Source: Camelus dromedarius
Taxonomy: Eukaryota
Direction of reading: 5' to 3'
DNA: 64,000 nucleotides
NCBI RefSeq assembly: GCF_036321535.1
Contig: NC_087436.1
Span: 85,996,001-86,060,000 of the forward strand
The notes below the pieces were generated by a model. That model saw nothing but the letters and a program-made list of their open reading frames with translations, did not search any database and was not told the DNA's origin. A program made the translations under genes and the position numbers. The stretch's first letter is position 1. Each line of letters starts with the position of its first letter. Positions 38,097 to 50,340 of the stretch are shown piece by piece.

Positions 38097-39300
38097 GGAG
38101 AGACGGAGAAGATGGCGGAGTAGAAGGACGCTTGCAGGTCACCCTCTCCCACAAATACACCAAGACCCACATCTACAGACCCACTCAGCCAACCAGAGCA
38201 CCTGTGGAACTCCGACAGAACATCGCCCTCTTCAAAAGATAAAGACGCCAAAAATCTGGTAGGAGAAAAGGAAAAAAGAAAGAACAAAAGGCAAAGCAGC
38301 GCGGGTCGGGTCCCGCGGGGAGGGAGCGGCAAAGGAGGACTGGCGCTCGCTCGCTGGGTCTCCCCTCTCCAACTGAGAGGCCAGCGGGACGGAGGGGGAG
38401 CCTCCGAGGCTCGGATCTGTACAGAGCAGCCCTTGACTAACAGAACTAAGTTAAACGGGCACAGAGCGTCCCCCCGACACCCAGCCTGAGACGCGGGCCG
38501 GCAGCGGCGGGCAGGGCCAGGCTGCACAAGCCGGGCGGAGGATGGAAGTGGCTGCACGGAGGCAGCCCCGGGGGAACGCAAGGGGCTGCGCGCCGTGGCT
38601 GTGGGTGCACAGGGCAGAACAACCTGGGCCCTCCATAAAACAGCAAGGTTGATGTGCTCTCGGGGGAAGGGTGCACACCCCCATCTCTGAAAACCCGCGG
38701 AAAGTTTTTGGGGGAAGAGAGGCGGGGCTCAGGCACAGCCGCCATATCCTCCGCGCTTAGCACTCAGGCGGGGGCGGGGGCGAAACCTGCATCCGCACCG
38801 AAGGGCTTAGCAGCCTCAAAGGCCAGACTGAGACTGGCCTGCAGCCCGGGGCAGATAGGATCCTTCCATCCTGGTCCCTCAGAGAACTTGCTCCACAAAG
38901 ACAAACAAGGAGCTGGGTTTTGGCTTGGAGCAGGGACAGGGCTGTCCCTCGGTCTTCCCCGAGCCCACCCGCGGAGCGCTGACCAGGGCGGAGCGCGCAG
39001 CCGCACAGAGAGCGGAACTACCGGCGGTGCAGGTAGAGGGAGAGCGGCACCCCGCCTTTCGGGCAGGAACACAACCCCTGACCGAGGTGCTGGGAGGGGG
39101 CACGACCCGCCCTCCTACCCGGCCAGTCTGCAACATCTGACTGCGGCATCCGGAGGGGCAGCGACCCGCACGCCCACAGCAGAGAGCTGCACCTGACCCA
39201 GTGTTAGGAGGAGGCGCGATCTGCTTGCCAACAGGTGCTGGGAGCAGCACAGAAGAGGGCGCCAACGGAGGGCCTCTGAAAACAGCAAGCTGAGCTTCCA
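38097..39300 (+). promoter_or_regulatory. L1 internal promoter / CpG island with 5' YY1 motif
   Basis: AAGATGGCGG (YY1 consensus) at 38109-38118, as at the 5' end of mammalian L1s. Dense CpGs from ~38300 to 39270. Confidence 0.8.
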
Positions 39301-39773
39301 AAACAGGACGAAGACAGAAAGACTTCACATTAAAAACACACAGACTCCAGGAGAACACCGACAAACCCCCCCCCCCTTTTTTTTTTAAATCTGTTTTTAC
39401 CTGTTCTATTTTCTATTACTCTCTTAATCTTTACTTCTTAATTCATTTCTATTTCTCTTGGGTTTTGATGTCCTGCTATTGATTAGACACAGGTTTCAAA
39501 TACATCTATTCATCCCCCCCCCCCTTTTTTTGTAAAGGTTTTAAAAGGACGTCTCAACCCGATTAATACTCTGCTTCAACTCACTCTTCTATTATTCATT
39601 ATACACTGTTTTCAAACCCTCTTTCTCCCTTCTTTTAAAATTCTTTCTCTCTCTCTCTTATTTTTTTTTTCTTTTTTTCCTAAGTTCTATTCCTAAATAG
39701 GCATCAGACAGATAAAATCCTTAAGGACCAAAATAAACAACTGATACTCCATAAACCACAGTGCCAAAGAGGT

Positions 39774-40678
39774 ATGAGCAAGATGAAGAAGCAGAAAAAC
39801 CTTTCCCAATTAAAAGAACAAGAGAAATCCCCTGAAAGAAAGATCAACGAAATAGACATCGATAGCCTACTAGATCAAGATTTCAAAAAAGGAGTGATCG
39901 AATTGCTGAAGGAATTAAAAGAGATAGTGTTTAGAGATATAAAATATGTCAAAAATGAAATTGAAGCTATAAAGAAGAGCCAAGTAGAATGGGTAAACTC
40001 ATTGACAGAGATGAGGAATGATCTAATAGCTGTGCAAAGCCGACTAGATAATGCAGAGGAACGAATTAGTGATCTAGAAGACAGGGCAATAGAAAGCACC
40101 CATTCAGAAGAACTACAAGAGAAGCAAATAAAAAATAATGAAAATAGCATAAGGGACCTATGGGATAATATAAAGCGTCCCAATCTTCGCATAATAGGGG
40201 TCCCAGAAGGAGAAGAAAGATCAAAGGGGATTGAAAAGGTTTTTGAAGAAATCATGACGGAAAACTTCCCAAACTTAAAGAAGGAATCAGATATCCAAGT
40301 ACAGGAAGCTCATAGGGTCCCAAACAGGAAGAACCCAAATAGACCCACACCAAGACATATCATAATCAAGATGGCCAGAGTCAAGGATAAAGAAATGATT
40401 CTAAAGGCAGCAACAGAAAAGCAAAGAGTAAGTTACAAGGGAACCCCCATAAGGCTCTCAGCTGATTTCTCTACACAAACACTACAGGCCAGAAGGGAGT
40501 GGCAAGATATATTCAAAGCCCTGAATGAAAAAAAGATGCAGCCTAGGATCCTTTATCCAGCAAGGCTATCCTTGAGGATAGAAGGAGAAATAAAGAGTTT
40601 CACAGACAAAAAAAAAAGCTGCAGGAGTTTAGCAACACTAAACCCATGCTAAAAGAAATATTGAAAGGGCTATTCTAA
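39774..40678 (+). pseudogene. L1 ORF1p (RNA-binding), frameshifted near C-terminus
   Basis: Coiled-coil region plus LWDNIKRPNLRIIGVPEGEE, RPTPRHIIIK, PIRLSADFS, ARREW, YPARLS. A frameshift in the A10 run at 40608-40617 masks the true end ...KLQEFSNTKPMLKEILKGLF* (TAA 40676-40678). Confidence 0.95.
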
Positions 40679-41082
40679 ATAGAAAAGCAGCAGGATGCTA
40701 CAGAAACGAGAAACACACAACTGGAAAGGTGATAACTCATGAATTACAAATAAAGTAAACATGAAATTATAAAAGAAGACATACAAATCACTGAGAGTGG
40801 GAGAGGGAGGCAGGGAAATATAGAATATTTTTTTCTTTCTTTTTTAAATTTTTTTAACAGTAGGATGGGTTTGAGATCATGTTACTATCAGTTTAATAAA
40901 AACAGTTATAGTAATGGGTTGACAGATTTACAAAAAAGGGTAACCACAAGCCAAAAATTTACAAAGGAGTCACAAAAATTAAATAAAATCCATGATAATA
41001 CAAAGGAAAATTACCAAACCACAAAAGGAAGAAGAAAGGAACAAAGAGGATATACCAATTCAACTGCAAAGATAAGTTCAAA

Positions 41083-44000
41083 ATGGCAATAAACACACAT
41101 CTACCATTAATTACTGTAAATGTTAATGGACTAAATGCTCCAGTCAAAAGACACAGAGTGGCAGACTGGATAATAAAGCAAGAACCTTCAATATGCTGCA
41201 TACAAGAGACCCACTTTAGGGAGAAGGACACATATAGGTTGAGAGTGAAAGGATGGAAAAGGATATTCCATGCAAATGGAAAAGCCAAAAAAGCAGGTGT
41301 TGCAGTACTGATTTCACACAAAATAGACTTTAAAACAAAGGCCATAAAGAAAGATAAAGAAGGACATTTTATAATGATTAAAGGAGTGATACAAGATGAG
41401 GATATTACACTCGTTAATATATATGCACCCAATATAGGAGCACCTAAGTACATACAAGAATTACTAACAGAGATAAAGGGGGATATTGATGGGAATACAA
41501 TCATAGTTGGAGATTTTAACACTGCATTAACATCACTAGACAGATCTTCCAGACAGAAAATAAACAAGGCAACAGAGAAATTAAATACTACAATAGAAAA
41601 ACTAGATTTGGTGGATATTTTCAGAGCATTACACCCCCAAAAAATAGGATATACATTCTTTTAAAGTGCACATGGAACATTTTCCAGGATTGATCATGTA
41701 CTTGGGCACAAAAGAAACCTCAACAATTTTAAGAAGATAGAAATTATCTCAAGCATCTTTACTGACCACAATGCCATGAAACTGGAAATCAACAACAGAG
41801 AAACAAAGGAGAAAAAAAGGAAAGCATGGAGATTAAACAATATATTATTGAAAAAACAATGGATCAATGAGGAAATCAAAGCTGAAATTAAAAAATACCT
41901 TGAGACAAATGATAATGAAAGCACAACCACTCAAAACCTATGGGACACAGCAAAGGCAGTGCTAAGAGGGAAGTTTATAGCGATACAGGCCTTCCTCAAA
42001 AAAGAAGAACAATCTCAAATAAACAATTTAACCCACCACCTGAATGAATTAGAAAAAGAAGAACAAAAAGCCCCAAAAAGCAGCAGAAGGAAGGAAATAA
42101 TAAAGATCAGAGAGGAATTAAATACAATAGAGATTAACAAGACCATAGAAAAAATCAACCAAACCAAAAGCTGGTTTTTTGAAAAAAGTAAATAAAATCG
42201 ACAAACCTCTGGCCAAACTCACAAAGAAGAAAAAAGAGAGAGCACAAGTTAGCAAAATAAGAAAGGAAAATGGAGAAATTACAACAAACAAAATAGAAAT
42301 ACAGAATATCATACTAGAATATTATGAAAAACTATATGGAACCAAACTGGATAACCTAGAGGAGATGGACAAGTTTCTGGAAACATACTGTCCACCAAAA
42401 CTGAATCAAGAAGAATCTGAACACTTGAACAATCCGATCACTAGAAAGGAAATAGAAATAGCAATTAAAAACCTCCCTACAAATAAAAGTCCAGGACCGG
42501 ACGGCTTCACCGGGGAATTCTACCAAACATACAAAGAAGAACTCATACCAGTCCTTCTCAAACTCTTCCAGATGATTGAAAAGGAGGTAATACTCCCAAA
42601 CTCATTCTATGAAGCCACCATCACCCTGACCAAAACCAGGCAAAGACACTACAAAAAAAGAGAATTATAGGCCAATATCACTGATGAACATAGACGCCAA
42701 AATCCTCACCAAAATTTTAGCAAATAGAATCCAACAACACATAAAAAAGATTATACATCATGACCAAGTGGGGTTCATCCCAGGGACACAAGGCTGGTTC
42801 AACATATGCAAATCAATCAGTGTAATACATCACATCAACAAGATAAAGGACAAAAACCACATGATCATCTCAATCGATGCAGAAAAAGCATTTGATCAAA
42901 TTCAACACCCATTTATGATAAAAAACTCTCGCCAAAGTGGGTATAGAGGGAACATATCTCAACATAATAAAAGCTATATATGACAAACCTACAGCCAGCA
43001 TAGTATTCAATGGTGAAAAACTCAAAAGCTTCCCACTAAAATCTGGGACAAGACAAGGATGCCCACTATCACCACTCCTATTCAACATAGTCCTGGAAGT
43101 CCTAGCCACAGCAGTCAGGCAAGAGAAAGAAATAAAAGGGATCCAAATTGGAAAAGAAGAGGTAAAAGTGTCATTATATGCTGATGACATGTTACTATAT
43201 ATAGAAAACCCTAAAAGGTCCACACAAAAGCTACTAGAGCTGATTGAAGAATTCAGCAAGGTAGCAGGTTACAAAATTAACGTTCAAAAATCAGTTGCAT
43301 TTCTTTACACTAACGATAAATCAACAGAAGAAGAAAGTAAAGAAACAATCCCCTTTAAAATAGCACCCAAAGTAATAAAATATCTGGGAATAAATCTAAC
43401 CAAGGAGGTGACAGAATTATACACAGAAAACTATAAACCATTGATGACGGAAATTAAAGAAGACTTTAAAAAATGGAAAGATATTCCATGCTCTTGGATT
43501 GGAAGAATCAATATTGTTAAAATGGTCACACTGCCCAAGGCAATCTACAGATTTAATGCAATCCCTATCCAATTACCCAGGACATATTTCACAGAACTAG
43601 AACAAATCATAATAAAATTCATATGGAACCATCAAAGACCTAGAATTGCCAAAGCATTACTGAAGAGAAAGAAAGAGGCTGGACGAATAACTCTCCCAGA
43701 CTTCAGGCAATACTATAGAGCTACAGTCATCAAGACAGCATGGTATTAGTACCAAAACAGACATATAGACCAATGGAACAGAATAGAGAGCCCAGAAATG
43801 AACCCACAAACTTTTGGTCAACTCATCTTTGACAAAGGAGGCAAGAATATACATTGGAATAAAGACAGTCTCTTCAGCAAATGGTGTTGGGGAAACTGGA
43901 CAGCAGCATGTAAAACAATGAAGCTAGAACACTCCCTTACACCATATACAAAAATCAACTCAAAATGGATTAAAGACTTAAACATAAGACAAGATACAAT

Positions 44001-44880
44001 AAACCTCCTAGAGGAAAACATAGGCAAAACATTATCTGACATACATTTCAAAAATTTTCTCCTAGAAGAAATAAAAGCAAGAATAAACAAATGGGACCTA
44101 ATGAAACTTACAAGCTTCTGCACAGCAAAGGAAACCAGAAATAAAACAAGAAGAAAACCTACGGAATGGGAGAACATTTTTGCAAGTGAAACCGACAAAG
44201 GCTTGATCTCCAGAATATATAAGCAGCTCATACGACTCAATAAGAAAAAAACAAACAACCCAATCCAAAAATGGGCAGAAGACCTAAACAAGCAATTCTC
44301 CAAGGAAGACATACAAATGATCAAAAAGCACATGAAAAAATGCTCAATATCACTAATTATCAGAGAAATGCAAATCAAAACTACAATGAGGTATCACCTC
44401 ACACCAGTCAGAATGGCCGTCATTCAAAAATCCACAAATGACAAATGCTGGAGAGGCTGTGGAGAAAGGGGAACCCTCCTACACTGCTGGTGGGAATGCA
44501 GTTTGGTGCAGCCACTATGGAAAACAGTGTGGAGATTCCTCAAAAGACTAGGAATAGACTTACCATATGACCCAGGAATCCCACTCCTGGGCTTGTATCC
44601 AGAAGGAATCCTACTTCAAAATGACACCTGCACCCCAATGTTCATAGCAGCACTATTTACAATAGCCAAAACATGGAAACAGCCTAAATGTCCATCAACA
44701 GGTGACTGGATAAAGAAGAGGTGGTATATTTATACAATGGAATACTACTCAGCCATAAAAACCGACAACATAATGCCATTTGCAGCAACATGGATGCTCC
44801 TGGAGAATGTCATTCTAAGTGAAGTAAGCCAGAAAGAGAAAGAAAAATACCATATGAGATCGCTCATATGTGGAATCTAA
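41083..44880 (+). pseudogene. L1 ORF2p (APE endonuclease, reverse transcriptase, CCHC), disrupted
   Basis: [39 protein letters not shown] (43177-43188), [18 protein letters not shown]. Nonsense codons at 41662-41664 and 43747-43749. Frameshifts near 42180, 42628 and 42920. Confidence 0.97.
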
Positions 44881-45627
44881 AAAACAAAAACAAAAACAAA
44901 CAAACAAACAAAAACAAAGCATAAATAAAGGACAGAAATAGACTCACAGACAGAGAATACAGACTTGTGGTTACCAGGGGGGTGGAGGGTGGGAAGGGAT
45001 AGACTGGGATTTCAAAATTGTAGAATAGACTACACTGTATAGCACAGGGAAATATACACAAAATGTTATGATAACTCACAGAGAAAAAAATGTGACAATG
45101 AGTGCGTATATGTCCATGAATAATTGAAAAATTGTGCTGAACACTGGAATTTGACACAACATTGTAAAATGATTATAAATCAATAAAAAATGTTAAAAAA
45201 AAAAAAAAAAGATGAATCTAGGAAAGACAGGGGGAATCTGATGGGACAGGGGAAGGGTCCATGGATTGGAGGGCACAGTTGGGGTCAAAAGCCAGCTTCA
45301 ATGCAGGAAGTCTTTAAAAGTCAGCAGAAGGATAGGAGAAAGTGAGATTTTCACACAAGAATTTCAGGTGGGGATTGGGCTGACTGCACTATTTATTGGC
45401 TGATGTTTGCAATCTCATTCCTGCCTTAATCCACAAATTTCTGGTGATTCTAAAGGTTGATATGGTAGAAAACATGGTGCAGTAAAGAACTCTTCTGCAT
45501 CAGCCAGACCTGTGCTGGGGACAGGGCCCTACTGCTTATCCTCTGTGTGACCCTGGGAAGTTTTTTATTTACCCACTTTCAGCCTCCATTTCCTTTTTTC
45601 CTTGTAAGTATTAAAACAAAATTCTAA

Positions 45628-47032
45628 GGAGGAGAGGGTATAGCTCAGTGGTAGGGCATAGGCTTAGTATGCATGAGGTCCTGGGTTCAATCCCCAGACC
45701 TTCATTAAATAAACAAACAAACAAACAAACCGATGGAGGCAAAGGATCTGTACACCAAAAACCATAAGACACTGATGAAAGAAACTCAAGATGACATAAA
45801 TAGATGGAAAGATATACCGTATTCTTAGATTGGAAGAATCAATATCATTAAAATGACCATACTGCCCAAGGCAACATACAGAGTCAATGCAGTCCCTATC
45901 AAATTGCTAATGACATTTTTCACAGAGCTGGAACCAAAAAAAAAAAAAAATGTTGAAATTTGTATGGAAACACAAAAGACCCTGAATAGCCAAAACAATT
46001 TTGAAAAAGAACAGAGCTGGGGGAGTATCATGCTCCCTGACTTCAGACTATACTACAAAGCTACAGTAATCAAAACAGTATGGTACTGGCACAAAAACAG
46101 ATACATAGATCAATGGAACAGGATAGAAAGTCCAGAAATAAACCCATGCACTTATGGCCAATTAATCTATGACAAAGGAGGCAAGAATATATAATGTGGA
46201 GAAAGGACAGTCTCTTCAATAAGTGGTGCTGGGAAAACTGGACAGCTACCTGCAAAAGACTGAAATTAGAACATCCTCTAACATCATATACAAAAATAAA
46301 CTTGAAATGTATTAAAGATCTAAAAGTAAAACCACATAGTATAAAACTCCTAGAGAAAAACATAGGCAGAACACTCTTTAACATAAATTAACAATATTTT
46401 TCTCAAACCAGCTCTTAAGAGTAATGGAAATAAAAGCAAAAATAAACAAATGGGACCTAATTAAACTTAAAAGCTTTTGCACAGGATACTATCAACAAAA
46501 TGAAAGACAACCTACAGAATGGGAGAAAATATTTACAAATGATGTGACCAATAAGGAACTAATTTCCAATCAAAAAATGGGCAGAAGACCTAAATAGACA
46601 TCTCTCTAAAGAAGATATCCAGATGGCCAACAAGCACATGAAAAGATGCTCAACATTGCTAACTGTCAGAGAAATGTAAATCAAAACTACAATGAGATAT
46701 CACCTCACACCAGTCAGAATGGCCATGATTAAAAAGTCCACAAACAATAAATGCTGGAGAGGGTGTGGAGAAAAAGGAACCCTGGTGTACTGTTGGTGGG
46801 AATGTAAATTGATGCAGCTACTATGGAGGACAGTATGGAGGTTCCCTAAAAAACTAAAAATAAACTTACCATGTGATCCAGCAATCCCACTCCTGGGCAT
46901 ATATGCCTGAAGGAAAATATAATTCAAAAAACACATACACCCCAATGTTCATGGAAGCACTATTTACAATAGCCAAAACATGGAAACAGACTAAGTGTCC
47001 ATCAATAGATGACTGGATAAAGAAGATGTGGT

Positions 47033-47071
<39 letters not shown>

Positions 47072-47552
47072 GAGAGAGTGGAATATTACTCAGCCATAAA
47101 AAAAATAAACCAATGTCATTTGCAGCAACATGGATGGACCTGGAGATCATCATTCTAAGTGAAGTAAGCCAGAAAGAGAAATATCATATGATATCGCTTA
47201 TATGTGGAATCTAAAAAAAAAGACACAAATGAACTTATTTACAAACCAGAAATAGACTCACAGACATACTGAACAGACTTATGGTTACCAGTGAGAAAAG
47301 GGGGTGGGAAGGGATAAATGGGGAGTCCAAAATCTGCACCTCGTGGGGAGAGATGAAAATGTTAGGTATCTTGATTGTGGCAGTGGTTTCACAGATGTAT
47401 ACAACTATCAAAATTCATCAAATTGTACATCTGAAATATGTGTAGTTTACTGTACAGAATTTATACCATAATAAAGTTGTTTGAAAATAAAAAATAAAAT
47501 GAACCTAATTACCTCCCACAATCAAAAAATAAAAAATTAAATGTTTTTTAAA
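45628..47552 (+). mobile_element. Vic-1-like SINE split by a ~1.75 kb L1-derived insertion (head 45628-45731, tail ~47490-47552)
   Basis: tRNA-like head at 45628-45707 and SINE tail aacctaattacctccc at ~47502-47517. Outer TSD aaaacaaaattctaa (45613-45627) / aaaacaaagttgtaa (47553-47567). Confidence 0.8.
45732..47490 (+). mobile_element. 5'-truncated L1 with a chimeric 3' end
   Basis: Degraded ORF2 C-terminal ORFs (45853, 46194, 46692, 46873) and 3'UTR to ~47335. It then switches to a different, L1MC/ME-type 3' terminus with AATAAA at 47470-47475. Confidence 0.85.
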
Positions 47553-47584
47553 AAAACAAAGTTGTAAACATAAAAGAAAATGAG

Positions 47585-47772
47585 AAATATAGATATATTG
47601 ATACATATGCAGATATATAGTGATGTATAGACAGATATGTATCTGAAATAAACATATATATCTGTATGTCTCTATATATTTTATATTTTATATATAGAGA
47701 CATACAGATAGAGATGTGTAAATTGATATCTATTTATTAGATATAGGTATCTTATCTTATAGGTATATAGAT
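47585..47772. repeat. TA-rich low-complexity tract
   Basis: Degenerate (tatagata)n. Confidence 0.8.
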
Positions 47773-48364
47773 AAAATTCTCAGCACATAGCATATACTCC
47801 ACAAATGCTAGCCCATCACATGCACACAGCATACACTTTTAATCTCCCGCCTTTTTTCACACTTAAGAAAATGAGAACTGGCTGATTTAAATTATCCTTC
47901 CACCAGGGCTCACGCCTTAAGAATTGGCACTTTCAGACCCTGGGAAGCCTTCTCAGCCGACCGGGAGACAGAACCTGCAGTGTGAGGCTTTCCCAGGCAC
48001 TGGGTTTGCATCAAGCAGATGCCCACAAACCCTTCATTCATAGCGTGCCTGAGCCCGGGCTGGGGAAGCAGAGCAGACTGGAGATAACCAGGTCTTTCAT
48101 GCACTTAGACACTGAACAGAATTTCTGTCTTTTCCCCCTCTCTGGGAAGGCTGCTCTCGACTTTGCAGCAATAAATAAATTTTTAAATGTGGAATCAATT
48201 TAGAAGATATATGGGTAGTACCAGGTTTCATCAGTGGATACCAAAATTGGCTTCACTGTCTTTGTAGTTCAGAAACGGTGCCGCTCATGAGGCATCCAGG
48301 CATGACAGCTAGGACACTTGATTTTCTCAGGCTGGCACCCTCATTTCTAATACACTACCCCAGA

Positions 48365-48572
48365 TCGGAGTAGAGGTTACCAGAGGGAAAGGGGTGGGGG
48401 ATGGGGAGGAGGACCAAATGGGTAAAGGGGGTCACTAGGTGACAGATGGAAACTAAATTTCTGGTGGTGAGCACACTGTAGAGTATAAGTATATAGAAGT
48501 AGAAATATAACGCTTTACACATGAAACATACATAGTGTTATAAACCAATGTTACCTCCATAAAAAAATAAAT
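48365..48572 (+). mobile_element. L1 3'-end fragment, followed by (GC)n(CA)n at 48577-48600
   Basis: ggttaccagagggaaagggg...ggtggtgagcacactgtag...ataaaccaatgttacctccataaaaaaa. Confidence 0.7.
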
Positions 48573-49191
48573 CTAAGCGCGCGCGCACACACACACACAC
48601 TCTGTGTATGTCAAATATCCTATGAGGCCATTAATCAGGCTGTGTCCTGGTTTGGGTCTTTGAAAACATGGTCACCAGTTAGAGACAGAGGAGAAAGTAG
48701 GACACGCTTTTCTTCCCAAACTTAAAAGAAAATTATTTATTATAAAAACAACATCCTAGCAAGCAACATGACCAGAAATTCTATTGACAGAAAAATTCAC
48801 CCCTGAACCAAACATACCAAGAGATAAAAATGTTTTCTTTTCTGGATGTGCCCTTCGCCATCCTTAATTTGTGAAATATTTGTGATCAAACTTTAAAAAC
48901 AAAACAAAACACAAGACCCAGGCAATGCCAAGGCTGTGTGAGCTTCCAGACCTGCACTCTCCCACCCTCTCGCCTGCTCTTCTCCCAGATACAGAGAAGC
49001 AAACCATGGGATGCTGTCTCCTCCTCCCCAGCCCACCTGCAGACAGTTCAAATGAACCCCCTCAAACTCTCAATCAATCAATGTTTCAAAACATCACCTA
49101 CTGCGTGTTCAGCACTCTTCTAGACACAAAGGGGGGTAGGGAGGAGGGGTGTAGGAAAGAAATAGAGGGCCTGGTCCTAACTCTCTAGGGG

Positions 49192-49207
49192 CGTTGCCAT
49201 GGCAACG
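49192..49207. promoter_or_regulatory. Perfect RFX X-box palindrome
   Basis: CGTTGCCATGGCAACG, a 16-bp perfect palindrome containing the optimal RFX site GTTGCCATGGCAAC. Function not shown. Confidence 0.6.
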
Positions 49208-50158
49208 GGAAGGAGGGCGGTGGAGGGGGTGGAAAAGGGCACAGTTTCAGCGAGAGGCCAGGGCCCAACTGGGGTTCTTGCCCTGTTTCGTGTGTACAGG
49301 ATGCAGCTGCCTTCTTTGTCCTTTGTGAATGAAGCCACTGATTGTAGTTTCTGGGGCAGTTTCCCAAAAGTGTGTCATGAGAAAGAGGCAAGATGTTAAT
49401 GTGCTGAACAGAAAAAAACAATTCCACGGCCAGATGAGTTGGAACACGAGGGTTAAAGAAAAACAAACAGGTCTCTTTCTGCGGGAGATCTCAGAGCATT
49501 TTCTCTCCTGAGGGGCAGTGTGAATCTCAACGAGGGTACTGAAGCTCCCTGCATTTCCCAAGCTTGCATGGATACAGAGGAGAACGTCTTGAGGAAGCAA
49601 CATCCAAGGAATTCACTTTGGGAAATGCAGCTGCTAAATACTCACTCCCATGCCTACCGAAGATCATACACCAGATGCTCCCAGGTCTTTCTAGATCAGG
49701 AGAAGCCATTCTCTTGCCTTCCTTCCTATGCCTGGAAAATGGTGGAATGGAAGGGACATAAGATGGAGTATCCCTGTGCAGTGAGGCCAGAGAAGACTGA
49801 AAAGGAAAAGAATCCAAATGAAGATGCCATTGATGGAGCCTCTTCTCTGCATCCTGCACTATACTCTCAAAGCAGTACTGGGTCCCAGCTACTGTTGTAA
49901 CCAAGACCAAAGGTAGCCCCCAAGTAGAAAGTTCCATGGCCACCTTCTTGAGGTGCCATAGAAATCCCAGCCTTTCCCCTACTGCCTTCTCTTTCCAAAT
50001 ACCCTCTTCACAGTGTCATGGAAAGCTCTTCTATGAGGTCATGAAATGTTCCGTGGTTCACACTTCTAGGATTGCTTAGGCTGTTCCGGGTCCCTCTTCT
50101 TCCCTCCAAGTTTCCTCCTGTAACTTCTTAAGTAACTCTTTTCTTCTACCCTCTAGTC

Positions 50159-50340
50159 CAGTGGTTCCCAACCTTGGCATATTAGAATCATCTGTAGTTT
50201 AAAAAAGTGAAAAAATCCCATTAGCCAAGCCTCAGCCCAGACAAATGAAGTCGGAATCTCTGGAGGGTGTGACTAAGGCGTCAGGAATTTTAACTGCTCC
50301 TCTGATGATTCAGATTTGCAACAAACATTAAAAATTGCTG
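50159..50340. mobile_element. MER5A hAT MITE
   Basis: cagtggttcccaaccttggc..attagaatcatctg...gtcggaatctctggag...tgattc; 182 bp. 8-bp TSD ctctagtc/atatagtc. Confidence 0.8.

Larger units (their letters stand above)
38097..45207 (+). mobile_element. Full-length LINE-1 (~7.1 kb), disabled
   Basis: GC-rich 5'UTR, ORF1, spacer, ORF2 (EN, RT, CCHC), 3'UTR, AATAAA and poly-A. Perfect 15-bp TSD aaagatgaatctagg (38082-38096, 45208-45222). Inserted in an L2 relic. Confidence 0.98.

Noticed and set aside
38078..39364. Several 100-180 aa ORFs on both strands of the L1 5'UTR (possible ORF0 analogue)
   Set aside because: The longer ones I checked start at GTG/TTG. They lie in GC-rich, stop-poor sequence and show no recognisable homology.
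39875..45157. Long antisense ORFs over L1 ORF1/ORF2
   Set aside because: These are the usual shadow frames of the A-rich L1 coding strand.
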